Of a stretch of 64,000 nucleotides of DNA, positions 1 through 12,842 are shown piece after piece. Below the pieces are notes generated by a model that was not told the DNA's origin, searched no databases, and saw only the letters and a program-made list of their open reading frames with translations. This DNA comes from Okamejei kenojei. Taxonomy: Eukaryota. The DNA lies in NCBI GenBank assembly GCA_035221665.1, contig CM069160.1:4712001-4776000 (forward strand). Direction: 5' to 3'. Positions within the stretch are counted from its first letter, which is position 1. Every line of letters starts with the position of its first letter. The position numbers and the translations under genes are program-made.

Positions 1-114
1 CACCACTTACAATGTTCCCGGTTCGGTTATTCCCAGCGTTCCCGTGACCAGAGACACGTTCTCGATGCTGGGGGGTTCTCTCTGGTCATGACCTGTCTTG
101 TCATCTTGTTACAG

Positions 115-1016
115 CAAACGTTCTCTCTCTCGTGGTCCTGTCCCGGGGAATGTGCGGCCTCTCCAAAGTGGTCATCCGTTACATGCTAACTATGGCAGTC
201 GCAGACACAATGGTCTGTATATTTAATGTCACCGTGGGGAACGTCCTCAGGTATCATTTTCCGGATTCATTCCTGGCATACACCTGTACGTGTCGCCTTA
301 CATCCTTTATACAAATATCCTGCGTACAATTCTCCGTCTGGTCCACAGTGTCATTCACAGTCGACCGCTTCTTCGCCATTTGTTGCCAGAAATTAAAATC
401 AAAATACTGCACCGAGAGAACCGCCGCAGTGATTCTAACGACAGTGTGTTTGTGCAGCTTTTTGATCCATATTCCAGTTTATTTTCGGAATGAGCCCAGC
501 TATATTGCCGGTGATATACGATGGGGCTGCCAGACAGTTGCAGAATATGCTACATCGACCGCATGGAAGACGTACAAATGGGTCTCCAAACTTTTGGTAC
601 CACTGCTGCCACTGCCGCTGGTACTGCTGTTAAATTCACTGACCGTCGGGCACATTGTACAGGTCAGTCGAATTCGCAGCGCCCTGAAGCGCCGCGTGGA
701 CGGTAATATCTGTGATCCCGAGATCAGAAACCGGAGGACTTCAATCATTCTGTTATTTGCTATCTCGGGGAGCTTCACTGCGCTGTGGACTCCAGTTATG
801 ATACTCGACTTGTGTTTCGAAGTCACGCAGAGTTTTGCGGTCAACGCCCCAAGGTCCCTTTATCTTGCGATTAGAATAGCGCTTCTGCTAATGTATTTGA
901 GTTCCTGTACAAACACTTGTATTTATGCTCTTGTCCAGAGGAGGTTCCGGGAGGATGCGAAGAAAGTGATAGCATATCCATTTATTATTATTGTCCGGTT
1001 TTTAAAAATAAATTAG
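115..1016 (+). CDS. GPR139/GPR142-like class A orphan GPCR, main coding exon (mid-TM1 to stop); first exon lies upstream of the window
   Basis: Acceptor ttgttacag|CA AAC GTT at 113-114 (phase 1) gives ANVLSLVVLSRG, in frame with ORF 132..1016. Hydrophobic TM segments with LTMAVAD (TM2), TVDRFFAICC (DRY-like), KYCT, RRTSIILLFAIS (TM6) and SSCTNTCIY (TM7). Confidence 0.88.
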
Positions 1017-1079
1017 ACCGTTGAATCGAAGCTTGTTGCCTGATCTCTTGCATTACCTGCCATTTAACTGCCCTTCCCT

Positions 1080-1620
1080 TTTCCATACCGACGTATCTGT
1101 CCTTGGCCATAGGAGAGAGGCCACACACAAACTGGCGAAGCAGAACCTTATATTCTGCTGAGTTAGCCTAGTACACAACGGTATGAAGATTGATGTATAG
1201 CAAGGAACTGCAGATGCGCGTTCAAACCGAAGATAGGCACAAAATGCTGAAACAACTCAGCGGGACAGGCAGCATCTCTGGAGAGAAAGATTGGGGAACA
1301 TCACCCATTCCTTCCCTCCAGAGATGCAGCCTGTCCCGCCGAGTTACTCCAGCATTTTGTGTCTTTCGGTATGAAGATTGAATATCCCAATTTTAAATAG
1401 TATCACCCTGTCGTTCATGTGCCCCTAACCCGATACGGCACCCGTTCTTCCCAATATCCCCCCACTCCCTGTCCACTTCCATCAACATCCCTCCCTCTGG
1501 CTTCACATTTCACTCCTTCTCTTTCCACATCCAACAGAATTTTGTCTCATTTTCACCTTTAGCCGTTTTCATTATTTTCAACCATCAGCCAATCACCCTT
1601 CCCCTCACCCGAATCCACGT
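1080..1620 (+). mobile_element. Degenerate Penelope-like element fragment (GIY-YIG C-terminus and 3' region) with nested palindromic repeat
   Basis: gaggccacacacaaactggcgaagcagaaccttatattc resembles the EAQHKLEEQHLIF-coding segment of the 33511-34310 element. Confidence 0.55.
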
Positions 1621-1719
1621 AATACTGGCGTTGGGAGGAACTGCAGAAGCTAGTTTCTAAGGAAGATAGACACAAAGTGCTGGAGTAACTCAGCGGGTCA
1701 GGCAACATCTCTGAAGAAA

Positions 1720-2068
1720 AACATATAGAAACATAGACATAGAAAACATAGAAATTAGGTGCAGGAGCAGGCCATTCGGCCCTTCGAGCCTGCACCGCCA
1801 TTCAATATGATCATCCAACTCAGTATCCTGCACCTGCCTTCTCTCCATACCCCCTGATCCCTTCAGCCACAAGGGCCACATCCAACTCCCTCTTAAATAT
1901 GGCCAACGAACTGGCCTCAACTACCTTCTGTGGCAGAGAATTCCACAGATTCACCACTCTCTGTGTGAAAAACGATTTTCTCATCTCGGTCCTAAAAGAC
2001 TTCCCCCTTATCCTTAAACTGTGACCCCTTGTCCTGGACTTCCCCAACATCGGGAAAATCTTCCTGCA
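1720..2068 (-). mobile_element. CR1 LINE 3' fragment
   Basis: ORF 1820..2050 (TRGHSLRI...FFTQRVVNLWNSLP) followed by the 3' UTR and (TTTCTATG)n tail. Confidence 0.9.
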
Positions 2069-3504
2069 ATATATGACGTTTCGGCTCGGAAGTCTTCAGA
2101 GACGCTGCCTGACTCGCTGAGTTACCCCAGCACTTTGTACTTATGAAGAAACGTTCCGATCCGAAAGGTCACCTCTTCTTGTACTCCAGAGATGCTATCC
2201 ACATATTACATGCCAAGCTTTATTCCGACCCCACGTCTCGTTTGCTCTTTTCTTTCCCTACTACAAGATGGGCTCGGCCGAAATCGTAGTCTATCAATTC
2301 CCTCCACAGATGCTGCCTGACCCACTAAGTTCCTTCAGCACGTTGTATTCCGATCCTAATACATTGTGCTGTTGGTTGAAAGGCGAAGATTTGGATGACC
2401 GGGCAGTGTAAGGTTCCAAACAATGGAGCGTAATGTTCTATTATAGTTTCGTCCATTGTGCCCTGTTGATCAAATGGATTTAAATTAAACAGAAAAAACC
2501 TTGAAATGCTCAGCAGGTCGGGCGGGTCTCTGCGAAGAGAAACAGAGTCCATATTCCAGGTCGAAAGGCTACACCAGATCTTACCAGCAAGAGCGATAGT
2601 AGGAAAATCCAAAACATGTCACGATAGACGCTGAATATCGAAAATAAGAATAATTTTGATTGAATATATTTGCCCTAAGAGGTTGACTCGGTTTCTATTC
2701 TCACAGATGCTGACTGACCTATCGAGTATTTTCTGCATTTTCGGTTGACATTTCCAAATTTCAGCATGTGCAGATTTTTGTTTAATTATCACTTTTCAAA
2801 CGGCAGTAGTTCAATCTCAGACCCCAGCGTTAAACATATGTTACAATCGGATGACAATTTAGCGGGCTTTCTGTACGAATAGTAGAATCATTGAAATGTA
2901 CGAAGAAAAAGCATAACATGGAGATCCACGGAACTGCAGGTGCCAGAATCTTGGAAATAACATAAAGCGCGAGAGGAACTCACCGGGTCAAGCCACACTC
3001 GTGGAGGGAATGGATAGGCAAGGTTTCGGCTCGGGATGTTGTTTTAGAAAAGAGAGGAATTAGCCCATCGCGTCCATACTGGCCCAAAAGACTGCTAATT
3101 TCGCTTAACTGTTAATGGTCCCAGCCAGACCGGTTAGGGCTCTTCAACCGTTGAAATCTGAGGGGCATAAGATTGTTTCTGAAACGTGGCGACTCTTTGT
3201 GTTCTATATCAGAAGTGTACTATTATTAGAATAAATGTTTGAACATATTTATGTGTGACTGTGGTTATGTATAACGTGATTTTACTGAATTGATAGCAAA
3301 ACAAATAAAGTCACTGTATCTACCTACTTTTGACAATAAAGTACCATGGAACCACTGAGTTTCGGATCACCATCATTTATTCAGTGAATACAAGTATTTT
3401 TAATTATCCATCTACCACCGTCCACTCGTTACAGGGGCACGCTTGCATTTTCACTTCTTTGTTTTTCCCCATGAGATAATGTGTTGTGTTTAATAACGTT
3501 CCTA

Positions 3505-4100
3505 TTTCTTTTTTCCACTTTAGTTTTTATTGCTTTATGTATACACAAATAAAACACAAATATAGCAACGAAACATACAACATTACATTGAAACGTACAA
3601 CAGTGTAGCGGGGGGTTCAGTTTGCAATTAATGATGCAGTATTCAGAACTATTTTCATATTAAAACATTTTCCAATAACTTACATTATTGTCTATAAAAT
3701 TATACAGTGTTGATGTCTTTATTTCTATACCTAATCCACTTTTCCCATTTTCTGTTAAACTCGTCTTCTTTCACTCTTAGAGAATATGTCATTTTCTCCA
3801 TGACAAATATTTCCTGTACTATGTCTAACCATTGTCTAAGTCTGGGTGTGTCCGCTGCGAGCCAGTTTCTTGTAATGGCCTTTCTGCCAGCTGTGCGTAG
3901 GATTTTAACCAAGTATTGGTCTTCCTTCAGCACCACTGTAGTTATATTACCCAGGTATAAAATGGAACACTTCTTGCAGACTATATGTCCTAATACCTCC
4001 GTTAATTCTGAATTCACTCTGTCCCAAAATGGATCTATTTTTGGGCAACTGCAGAACATATGTGCATGGTTTGCGTCTGTTTGACCACATTGCCTCCAGC
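3505..4100 (-). mobile_element. L1/Tx1-clade LINE 3' end
   Basis: ORF 3700..4107 has the ORF2 C-terminal zinc-finger region WRQCGQTDANHAHMFCSCPKI...RKAITRNW...F..KW.KW, followed by an A-rich tail. Confidence 0.8.
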
Positions 4101-5308
4101 CAGGCACGTGCCGTGAGTAATCAGCCAGGGTAGGCAGTGGCTATTAAAAATCTTGAAAACCGCGCACGCGCACATTGTTCCCTCCCCGGTGAAATGTCAT
4201 TCGGCTTTTTTTTAAATCATGGAAACGGCGCATGCGCAGATTGTTCTCTCGACTTTTATCAAGTAATTTGTCTTCCATATAACCATATAACCATATAACA
4301 ATTACAGCACGGAAACAGGCCCTCTCGGCCCTTCCAGTCCGTGCCGACCATTTGTTTTCCCCTAGTCCCATCTACCTGCACTCAGACCATACCCCTCCAT
4401 TCCCTTCACGTCCATATACCTATCCACTTTACTCTTAAATGTTAAAATCGATCCTGCCTCCACCACTTCTGCTGGAAGCTGATTCCACACAGCCACCACC
4501 CTCTGAGTAAAGAAGTTCCCCCTCACGTTACCCCGAAACCTCTGTCCCTTAATTCTCATGTCATGCCCTCTTGTTTGAATCTTCCCTACCCTCAATGGGA
4601 AAAACGTATCCACGTCAACTCTGTCTATCCCTTTCATCCTTTTAAAGACCTCAATCAAGTCCCCCCTTAACCTTCTGCGCTCCAAAGAATAAAGACCTAA
4701 CTTGTTCAACCTTTCTCTGTAACATAGTTGCTGGAACCCTGGCAACATTCTAGTAAATCTCTTCAATAGGTCCTATCTCTTAATAAAGATTTTTTTTAAA
4801 AAAGCTCAATTAAATTTACTTACCATATTATTTGTACACAAAATCCATTCTTCTCTCTTCGTTTGCAGCAAAAATATCCGTAAGTTTGCTTCGTGAAACT
4901 CTTCAGGTAATCACTATCCATCTTTGAAAATCCCGCTAAGAAAACTTGCGCACGCGCAGCGCAGTAGGCTAGTGCGCAGCGCAGCACATGCACGCAGTTC
5001 ACAGTGGAAAGGCAGAGTTTCAGCTGCCTTTGCGGACCGTTCCCACTGATGGCTTGAAGGAACGTCGACGGCACGTGAGTAGCACATACCTCCGCGTTTA
5101 AAACGTACTGCGGATGAAAGGAACGGGAGAATTATGCCTCTATCTCTTAGGGAAGCATAATTCTCCCGTGCCTTTACTATTTATGACCATTTTATATATG
5201 TTTTATATATATTTTAAATATGTTATACATATATAAAATAACTACTGTTTTATAATTTTAGTCAGGGTAGGCACTGCCTACCTTGCCTACCCTGACGGCA
5301 CGTGCCTG
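4101..5308. mobile_element. Non-autonomous DNA transposon (hAT-like CAGG termini) containing a nested CR1
   Basis: TIRs caggcacgtgccgt (4101) and acggcacgtgcctg (ends 5308), with imperfect extension (ggtaggcagtg). No matching TSD. Confidence 0.7.
4276..4763 (-). mobile_element. CR1 LINE 3' fragment (second subfamily)
   Basis: ORF 4362..4766 (RFTRMLPG...LGLYSLERRRLRGDLIEVFK) with an (ATATGGTT)n tail. Confidence 0.9.
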
Positions 5309-7110
5309 GATGATTCCTAGCTGCAGTAATTTGTTGCAGAAATTCATCCATGGCATGATCATATGAATTTGTTAATCTGCAGGTTCTGACCAGACCATTA
5401 CAAGAGCTTGGACTGTCGGATAAGACCATGAATGTTATAACTGCGGCTTGGAGAAATAGAATTTTAAAACAATATTTTGTTTATATAAAGAAATTGGAAA
5501 TCTTTGGTAGACAGTCAAAGTTATTTTATAATACTGCTAACATATCAGATATATTGGAGTTCCTTGTTGGATTGCATTTTATCAGCACCTAAGTGACAGG
5601 GCCATTAATAGGGCTCAGAGTGCTTTATCGTCCTATTTAGGACAAATTGCTGACCAAGAATCTATCGAGGCTCATCCGTTAATATCCGGATATGGAAAGG
5701 AATAAATAAAATCTGCCCAAAGTAGAAATACAGAAGTTGGGAGGTCAGCATAGTTCTTAGTTTTAAAGAAGGAACTGCAGATGCTGGAGAATCGAGGGTA
5801 CACAAAAGGCTGGAGAAACTCAGCGGGTGCAGCAGCATCTAAGGAGCGTCTCTGAAGAAGGGTCTCGACCCGAAACGTCGCCTATCTCCTTCGCTCCTTA
5901 GATGCTGCTGCACCCACTGAGTTTCTCCAGCCTTTTGTGTACCCAGCATAGTTCTTACTTTGCTTGGGCAATGGGCTCCAATTCTATCACTGTGTTGAAA
6001 GTTAACATTTGAAGTAATAAGGCTCATGACTTTAGTATCAGCATTAAGAGTGCAAACGTTGCAAATGTTACGTTAGATTGTATGCATGTAGCTACAGATA
6101 ACATTGGTTTATATGTTTATGACTTTACCAAACAAAGCCGACCAGGAGGAGCTGGAACCAAGGTAACATTTTAAGCATATCCTGTCGACCAAAAAATTGT
6201 GTATGGTGAAGCATTGACTCAATATGTTGAAGTACGCAAGAGTCTCCATGGTGGTGGGACAGCGCTACTTATTACACACACAAACTACATAAAGTATCAG
6301 TACAAACTGATGTTTCTAGATAGTTACATTCTAGATGGTTAAAACAGGTTTGGGAGGAGTAGACATTGAGATGTGAAAAACTCACTCCACTAGGGAGGTA
6401 GATACATCCACGGTAAAGGCACAGGATGGGCCGCTCGATCAATAATTAGAGGCCGTAGGGGGATGTAAAATAAAATTTTCAAAGTACGAGGAACCAGTCT
6501 CACGGTGTCAGGGTTGGACACACGGTGTTGGGTTCTCCTTGATTGTTGCTTTGTTTTATATTATCAATTTATATTATAAATTTATATATTTGCTTATAAA
6601 TTTCCCTTACGATGGAAGGGTTATTACTTTCATTATTTTATAATGAAAAGATTTATTACATAAACTGAAGCAATGTTTAAAAGATGTATTATTTACTCAC
6701 TACTGTGTTGACTGAGTCAGAATGTCGTATGGAATGAATCTACGACATAAAAAACAGAGCTTCAAAATCTTCACGTAGTCATTCACGTGACACCAGTAAA
6801 ATAGTAAGATTAAACGAGAACTTACCAAGCTTGAAGTTTGATCGTTATTTTATGAGGAGTAACGATGAGGGATTACGTGCCCTCCACTCCCAACCCTCAT
6901 AAAATAAATGATCATCTGGTAGTTCTAGTCCATGTTGAGCCTTACTATCTTACTCGGGCTATTTGGTTCTGTGTTTTTCATTCCGCTGCTTTGAAGTATG
7001 CCGATCATGCACCAGGCGGGACTTCTTCACGTAATCCCTCATCGTTACTCCTCATAAAATAACAATCAAACTTCAAACTTGGTAAGTTCTCGTTTAATCT
7101 TACTATTTTA
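5309..7110 (+). mobile_element. 5'-truncated DIRS retrotransposon (degenerate tyrosine recombinase, ICR, right ITR)
   Basis: Colinear with about 11780-13433 of the full copy (e.g. atatgaatttgttaatctgcagg; ctcactccactaggg = HSTR). ICR at about 6768-6879 is complementary to the right end at about 7027-7109. Confidence 0.88.
5760..5943. mobile_element. Penelope-derived palindromic insertion with a 14-bp TSD, inside the DIRS recombinase gene
   Basis: Inverted arms gtacacaaaaggctggagaaactcag / ctgagtttctccagccttttgtgtac, flanked by cagcatagttctta at 5746-5759 and 5944-5957. Confidence 0.8.
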
Positions 7111-7407
7111 CTGCTCTCTATCTCAAGCTGTTTCATACTGCTATGGATGGTAACATTTGTACGTTACATATGCACACAATTTGCAGGCGTTGAGTTCATG
7201 CTCACAGATTACAACGATCCTTTCGCCATTATGGAGCACACTGGGTATATGCTGCAGTGCCTGAGTTCGTGCACAAACACATTTATTTATGCAGTGGCTC
7301 AGGCAAAGTTCAGAGAATCATTGACGAATACGCTGAAATATCCTTTTACTTTATTGAATAGATTAGTTCTAACCTCGGACCAAAGATCAGGTAGCGGTTT
7401 TCAATAA
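7105..7407 (+). pseudogene. 3' remnant (TM6, TM7, tail) of a second GPR139-like GPCR, cut off by a DIRS element
   Basis: Reads (I)LLLSISSCFILLWMVTFV...MLQCLSSCTNTFIYAVAQAKFRE..KYPF, paralogous to the end of the 115-1016 protein. It starts directly at the DIRS right terminus and no 5' part is visible. Confidence 0.85.
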
Positions 7408-10029
7408 TCCATTATCTAAATCCATTTACCTGTTGTCGCCCAATAAAAAATGTTTGAACAGAGCATGGATGGCATGCCACGAAAGCTTCTCTGAAGTATT
7501 TATCAACTAACCTAAAGAAGCCAAGTCTTCATATGTTCATAAAATGGCGCATTGTAAAAACACAATTAGTCCATTCTGCCCATCATGACTACTCTTCCGT
7601 TCAATTACGGCAGATCATCTATCATTCTTTACACCATTCTCCTGCCTTCCCCCCTTAACCACAGACACCCGTACTAATCAAGAATCTATCTACCTCCACC
7701 TGAAAAAATATCCATCGAATTGCCCTACACAGCCTTCTGTGGCACCCAATTCCACATAATCACCACCCTCCAACTGTTCTTAGGTTGTAGTCCTAGACTT
7801 TCCCAGTAGTGGAAACACTCCCTCGACATACATTCTATCCAGGCCTTCCATTACTCAATATGTCTTGCGAATGGAGGCACGAGGTTGCAGAAGCTTGAAT
7901 CTTGAGCAAAAAAAACACATTTCTGAAGGAAGCCAACGATCTCTACGCGAAACGTCATCTGTCCCACCCACCACAGATGCTGCCTGATCCACAGAGTTCC
8001 TCCGATAGATTGTTCTTTGTTCATATCTTGTAAATGCTATTCGTCATGTTCAATGCGACGTCTCCACGGAAGAGTATTCTCAATTATATAAAATATACAA
8101 CCTTGAAATTTATAATTAATAATAATACAAATAATATCAATAGTATGAAATGTATCATTAATATCATGTATTTCATTATTGTAAAATAATGTACTTTGTT
8201 ATTATTTGTTTCTATAATAAAAATAAAATTAAAAATATTTTAATATTGTCAATTACTATCGTATTTCTTTGTGATATCACCAAATTGAATTATTGTCATC
8301 CTGACGTAGCACAGAAACTCACTAAAATGCTTGAAACTTCTCATCACACAGCTCCCTCTCTCAGTCCCATTATGAATTCATGCATCGCATTTCTATATCA
8401 GCTTCATGCAACCGCGGGGAAAAGCATCTTTGATAGAAGCCTGTTATGCACCGGTGCAAATCGCCGAGCCCGTCTACGTTAGGCAATGTATACTTGTACA
8501 TTTATTTTACTTCGGAGTCACGTGAGTGACTACGTGAAGAAGAGCCCGCCTCACGCTGGTAACGGCATGACGTCGACGCTGACGGCAGAAGGTGGAGCTG
8601 CAGTAAGGAGCAGCTCCTCGCAGCGGTCGGAACGGCCCGCAGGTAAGAACAGTAAAGTTGGGATTTCTTAGGGGCGCTGGGTAGGTCCAGCAGTATAGGA
8701 AATATATTAAATCAGGTCAGAGTCATATTAGTGCTGGATAAGCACAGATGATGAAGTAAACTTATATTCGCGGGTTAAATGCTTCCTGGGGTGAAAAATA
8801 AATATACGGGAAGCTAGTGCGGAGCCGGTTCCGATACCGGTGGCCGCAGATATACCCGTTAGCGAATTAGTTTACAAAATGATAACCACGGAGAGAAATG
8901 CTCCGAATATGAAAAATGGAAATAAAATAAAAAATAAAAAAATCTGAGAGGCCCGTGGTTCTGATGACTCTGACATTGAAAAGTCCCTCCAGATAAGTAA
9001 AACTATGTGGAACTGATTATGGAGCATATGGAGAAAGTTCTCCAAATAATTATGAGACTAGGGTCAAAGTACCCTGAAAGGTTCCTAAAATTAGCCCTGA
9101 GGGGTTTAATTATTCGAATATGGCCATGGGCCTAATTGGAAGTTGGAACTCCGGACCCAGGATTTGGGCCGGAAGAAGTCTCATGGGATGAAATCCCAAT
9201 TGATTTAGGGCTGCAGAAGGCAGACCCTGTTGATGGTGATTTGCATTTTGAAAGCACACCACAAAATAAAAATAAAAATAAAATGAAAAAAATATGAAAA
9301 GAGGCCAAAGATGCCTGGAATAGCAAAAGGTTTTTTGCTATATATGAAGGAAGTGGTGAGGCTATGGAAGAAATCCTAGCTGCCAACATATATATATGGT
9401 ATCTCACCAAACTTCATGTTTTGTGATGATTGAAATATTAAAATTGCACAGCACAGGAAATTGTGCCTCATTTGGAAGAGCCTACGGTTTATCCGTTAAT
9501 ATGGGCATCCATGATCCAAATATGAGAGCGTCAAATAGTGAGGTTTTAAAAATCCTCACAAATTATTTCTGCTGCTATTATGGCTTTTGGGCAGATGAAA
9601 GGAAAACATAAAATAAAGACGCTATTGTGCAATTCTTTCTATGAAATTTTATATAATATAAATGGCTATTTGGCCCATTTTTCACCCAAGGTTTGCATAC
9701 CTGTGTCGAGCAAGTGGTGTTTAAGCTCTTGGTTATCTGTTTGGAATAATCTGCCTAACTTATTGAAATTGGATGAAAAGCTAAATATTTTAGCTGCATG
9801 AAACCTTCGTCTTTGGACGAAAAGGTATTTTCGCCAGAAGGGGATTTGATATTGGAAATAGAGGCAGAAAATATGTCAAGGAAGTTTTATTGTATTGCAC
9901 AACCAAATACTTACCCGAATTCAGGGGATAAGGAGACCACCACGCTCATATGCAGAGGAATTAAAGACTTGTTCCCTGCTTAAAGAAACTGCGGATTAAT
10001 CTCCAGTTAGAGGGAGATTACAAAAAGTT

Positions 10030-11876
10030 TATTAAGACTGGCTTACTATTATTTTTGATCAGTATATTACGAGCAGTTTCATTAACTACTATTACTTTTA
10101 AAAAAAAGAGGTTAATCCTCCTGTACAGAATAAACCTGCTTATGTTTCGTGTTTTCTGCAATTGAAAAAGCAGAGATTTTATGTTCACATTGCCTAATTA
10201 TCTGGAAAAGAGGTAATGGAAAAGATTTTGAACACAAGCATAAATTTGTCTTTAATGTTAGAAGGCATTACAGATGATGGTTGCAGAAGTATTCTGGACC
10301 TTACAGGTCTAAATAAGTTTGTAGAATACAAACATGTTCAAATGGAGTCATTGAATACTGCAAAATATTTAATTCAGCAGGTTGTTATATGGCTAAGATT
10401 GATGAAAAGACGCCTATTATTCTGTACCTATGCATCAGGTTTCGGTAGTACTTAAATTTTAATTGGTTGTGACAATTATGGCAGTTAAGCTTTGCCAAAT
10501 GGACTGAGTTCAGCTTTTTACTCTTTACGAAACTGTTGAAACCAGTTTAGCCCAATTAGAGCACAAAATGCACATCATTATGGCTTATCTCAATGACATT
10601 CTGGTCATTAGTGATTATCAGGAGTCAGCTGAGGACTCAGTTTCAGTTACTAAAGCTTTGTGGTAAGCTAAGGTTCTTAATTCATCTAATTAAGCCCCAG
10701 CTGCAGCCAGCACAAACAATTTACTTTTGGGGTTTGTAATTAACTCAGTGACTATGTTAATACCTTTACCAACAGTTAAAGTCGATGATATTTTGGTAAC
10801 TTGTCATTATCTCATTCAAAACCTTATCCTTCCATCCGAGAAATGGTGACAACCATTGGTGAACTGCTAGCAGCATTTCCTGCAGTAGAATTTGGTTCAT
10901 TACATTTATTGATATCTTCGAAGGTACAAGATACAAGCTCTCAAAGAGAAGGCAGGCCATTTGACAGGCCTATGTAATTAACAAAAGAAGCTGTATTGGA
11001 ATTTACAAATGGTGGGTTAAAAAAGGAAAATGTCCCACAAGCTGCTAATAAATATTATGATTAAACAGCCTGAAATGGTTTTACATACAGATGCTAGTGC
11101 TCTCGGATGGGGGGCCACAGATTTATCCTCCAGTTGTGGAGGTAGATGGAAAACTGAAGAACAAGTGTTTCTCCAAGAGTATGGTATTAACTATTTGGAG
11201 TTATTGGGGGCCTTTTATGGGCTTAAAGCATATTGTTGTGCTAAACAAGGTCTGCATGTGTTAATACAATTACACAATAAAACAGCTGTGGTTTACATTT
11301 AATCACATGGGGAGAGTTGGATCAGTATCATGTGATTATCTGGTCAATGAGATATGGCAATGGTGTATTGGTCGGCAGATATGGATTGCAGTAAGCTATA
11401 CTCCAGGTAAAGACAATGTGGTAGCAGATGAAAGGTCCAGGATTTTTAAAGATAATACGGAATGGATATTTAAGCCAGCAATATTTAAGAATATTGTTCG
11501 ACGATTTGGGTTGCCAGAAATTGATTTGTTTGCATCCAGGCTTAATCATCACTTGCCTCATTATGTGTCTTGGGAACACGATCCGGACGCAGTTGCAGTA
11601 GATGCATTTTTATTACACTGGGGAAAAATGTTCTTTTATGCTTTTCCACCATTTGCTCTGATCCAGAGATGCTTGAAGAAAATAGAGCAAGATTCAGCTT
11701 CCGGATTGTTGGTAGTGCCAAATTGGCCAACTCAACCTTGGTTCCCAGTTATGCTGAATATGATTAAAGAACCGTATATGCAGATTCTTAACTGTAGTGA
11801 TATCTTGACTAATCCAGTAACAAATGAAGATTACCCATTATATGCATATATGAATTTGTTAATCTGCAGGTTTTGA
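10030..11876 (+). pseudogene. DIRS pol region (RT, RNase H, DNA N6-adenine methyltransferase-like domain), frameshifted
   Basis: ILDLTGLNKFVEYKHVQMESL and LPNGLSSA (RT); YLND at about 10586 (YLDD with D>N); LHTDASALGWGA and INYLEL (RNase H); IDLFASRLN and FYAFPPF (MT-like). Confidence 0.85.
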
Positions 11877-11879
11877 CCA

Positions 11880-12842
11880 GACCACTACAGGAACTGGATT
11901 GTCGGACCAAACTTGACAGTTATTGGCGCATCATGGCGAGATAGCACACAGAAACAATATATGACACATATTAAGAAATGGAAGAATTTTGCACACAGTC
12001 AAAATTTTTCTGATGATTATGTGAATGTTACTCATGTTTTGGAATTCCTTGCCAATTTGCGCTTTGGCCAACATTTAAGTTACAGTGCCATTAACACTGC
12101 ACGCAGTGCCTTGTCGTCCTATTTAGGACTTATGACTGGTGAGAAATCAATTGGGTCGCATCCATTAATATCACGATTCATGAAAGGAATTTTTCACATG
12201 AATCCGCCAAAACCTAGATATACAGAGATTTGGGATGTGAGCATAGTACTTGCTCTACTTAGAGAATGGACGCCAATTGAAGGGTTGTCATTGGATAGGT
12301 TAACATTGAAATTGGTCATGTTAATGTCACTGGTCTCAGCCAAAGAGTGCAAACTTTACAAATGTTGCGTTAGACTGTATGCATGTGACTACAGATAACG
12401 TTGTATTCTATGTTTACGATCTGATCAAACAAAGTAGACCAGGGAGATCTGGAACAAAGGTAACCTTTCAAGCTTTTCATATTGAGCTTGCTTTGTGTGT
12501 GGTTAGACATTTGAACCAATGTATTAAAGTGACGGACACTTTTCGAGGAAACGAAAAGACATTGCTGCTTACGCACAAAAAGCCACACACAAAAGCTTCA
12601 GTTCAAACTATCTCAAAAATGGTTGAAACAGGTGTTGGTTTTAGCGGGAGTAGACACTGATGTCTTCAAATCTCACTCCACCAGGGCGGCAGCTACGTCC
12701 GCGGCGAAGGGGCGGGACGTACCTCTCGAGCATATTTTTAAAAATCGCAGGGTGGAGTAAAGAAGAAACTTTTTCAAAGTTCTACAACAAACCTGTTCAC
12801 ACTATGACAAGCTTTGGACACGCGGTGTTGGGAGCACTATAA
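11880..12842 (+). pseudogene. DIRS tyrosine recombinase, frameshifted
   Basis: SWRDSTQKQY...SYSAINTARSALS...HPLISRFMKG...WDV; FKSHSTRAAATS and AGWS...F.KFY occur in shifted frames. Confidence 0.85.

Noticed and set aside
11307-11876. DNA adenine methyltransferase-like ORF suggesting bacterial or phage horizontal transfer
   Set aside because: This domain is a normal part of DIRS1-type pol genes and lies inside the DIRS element.
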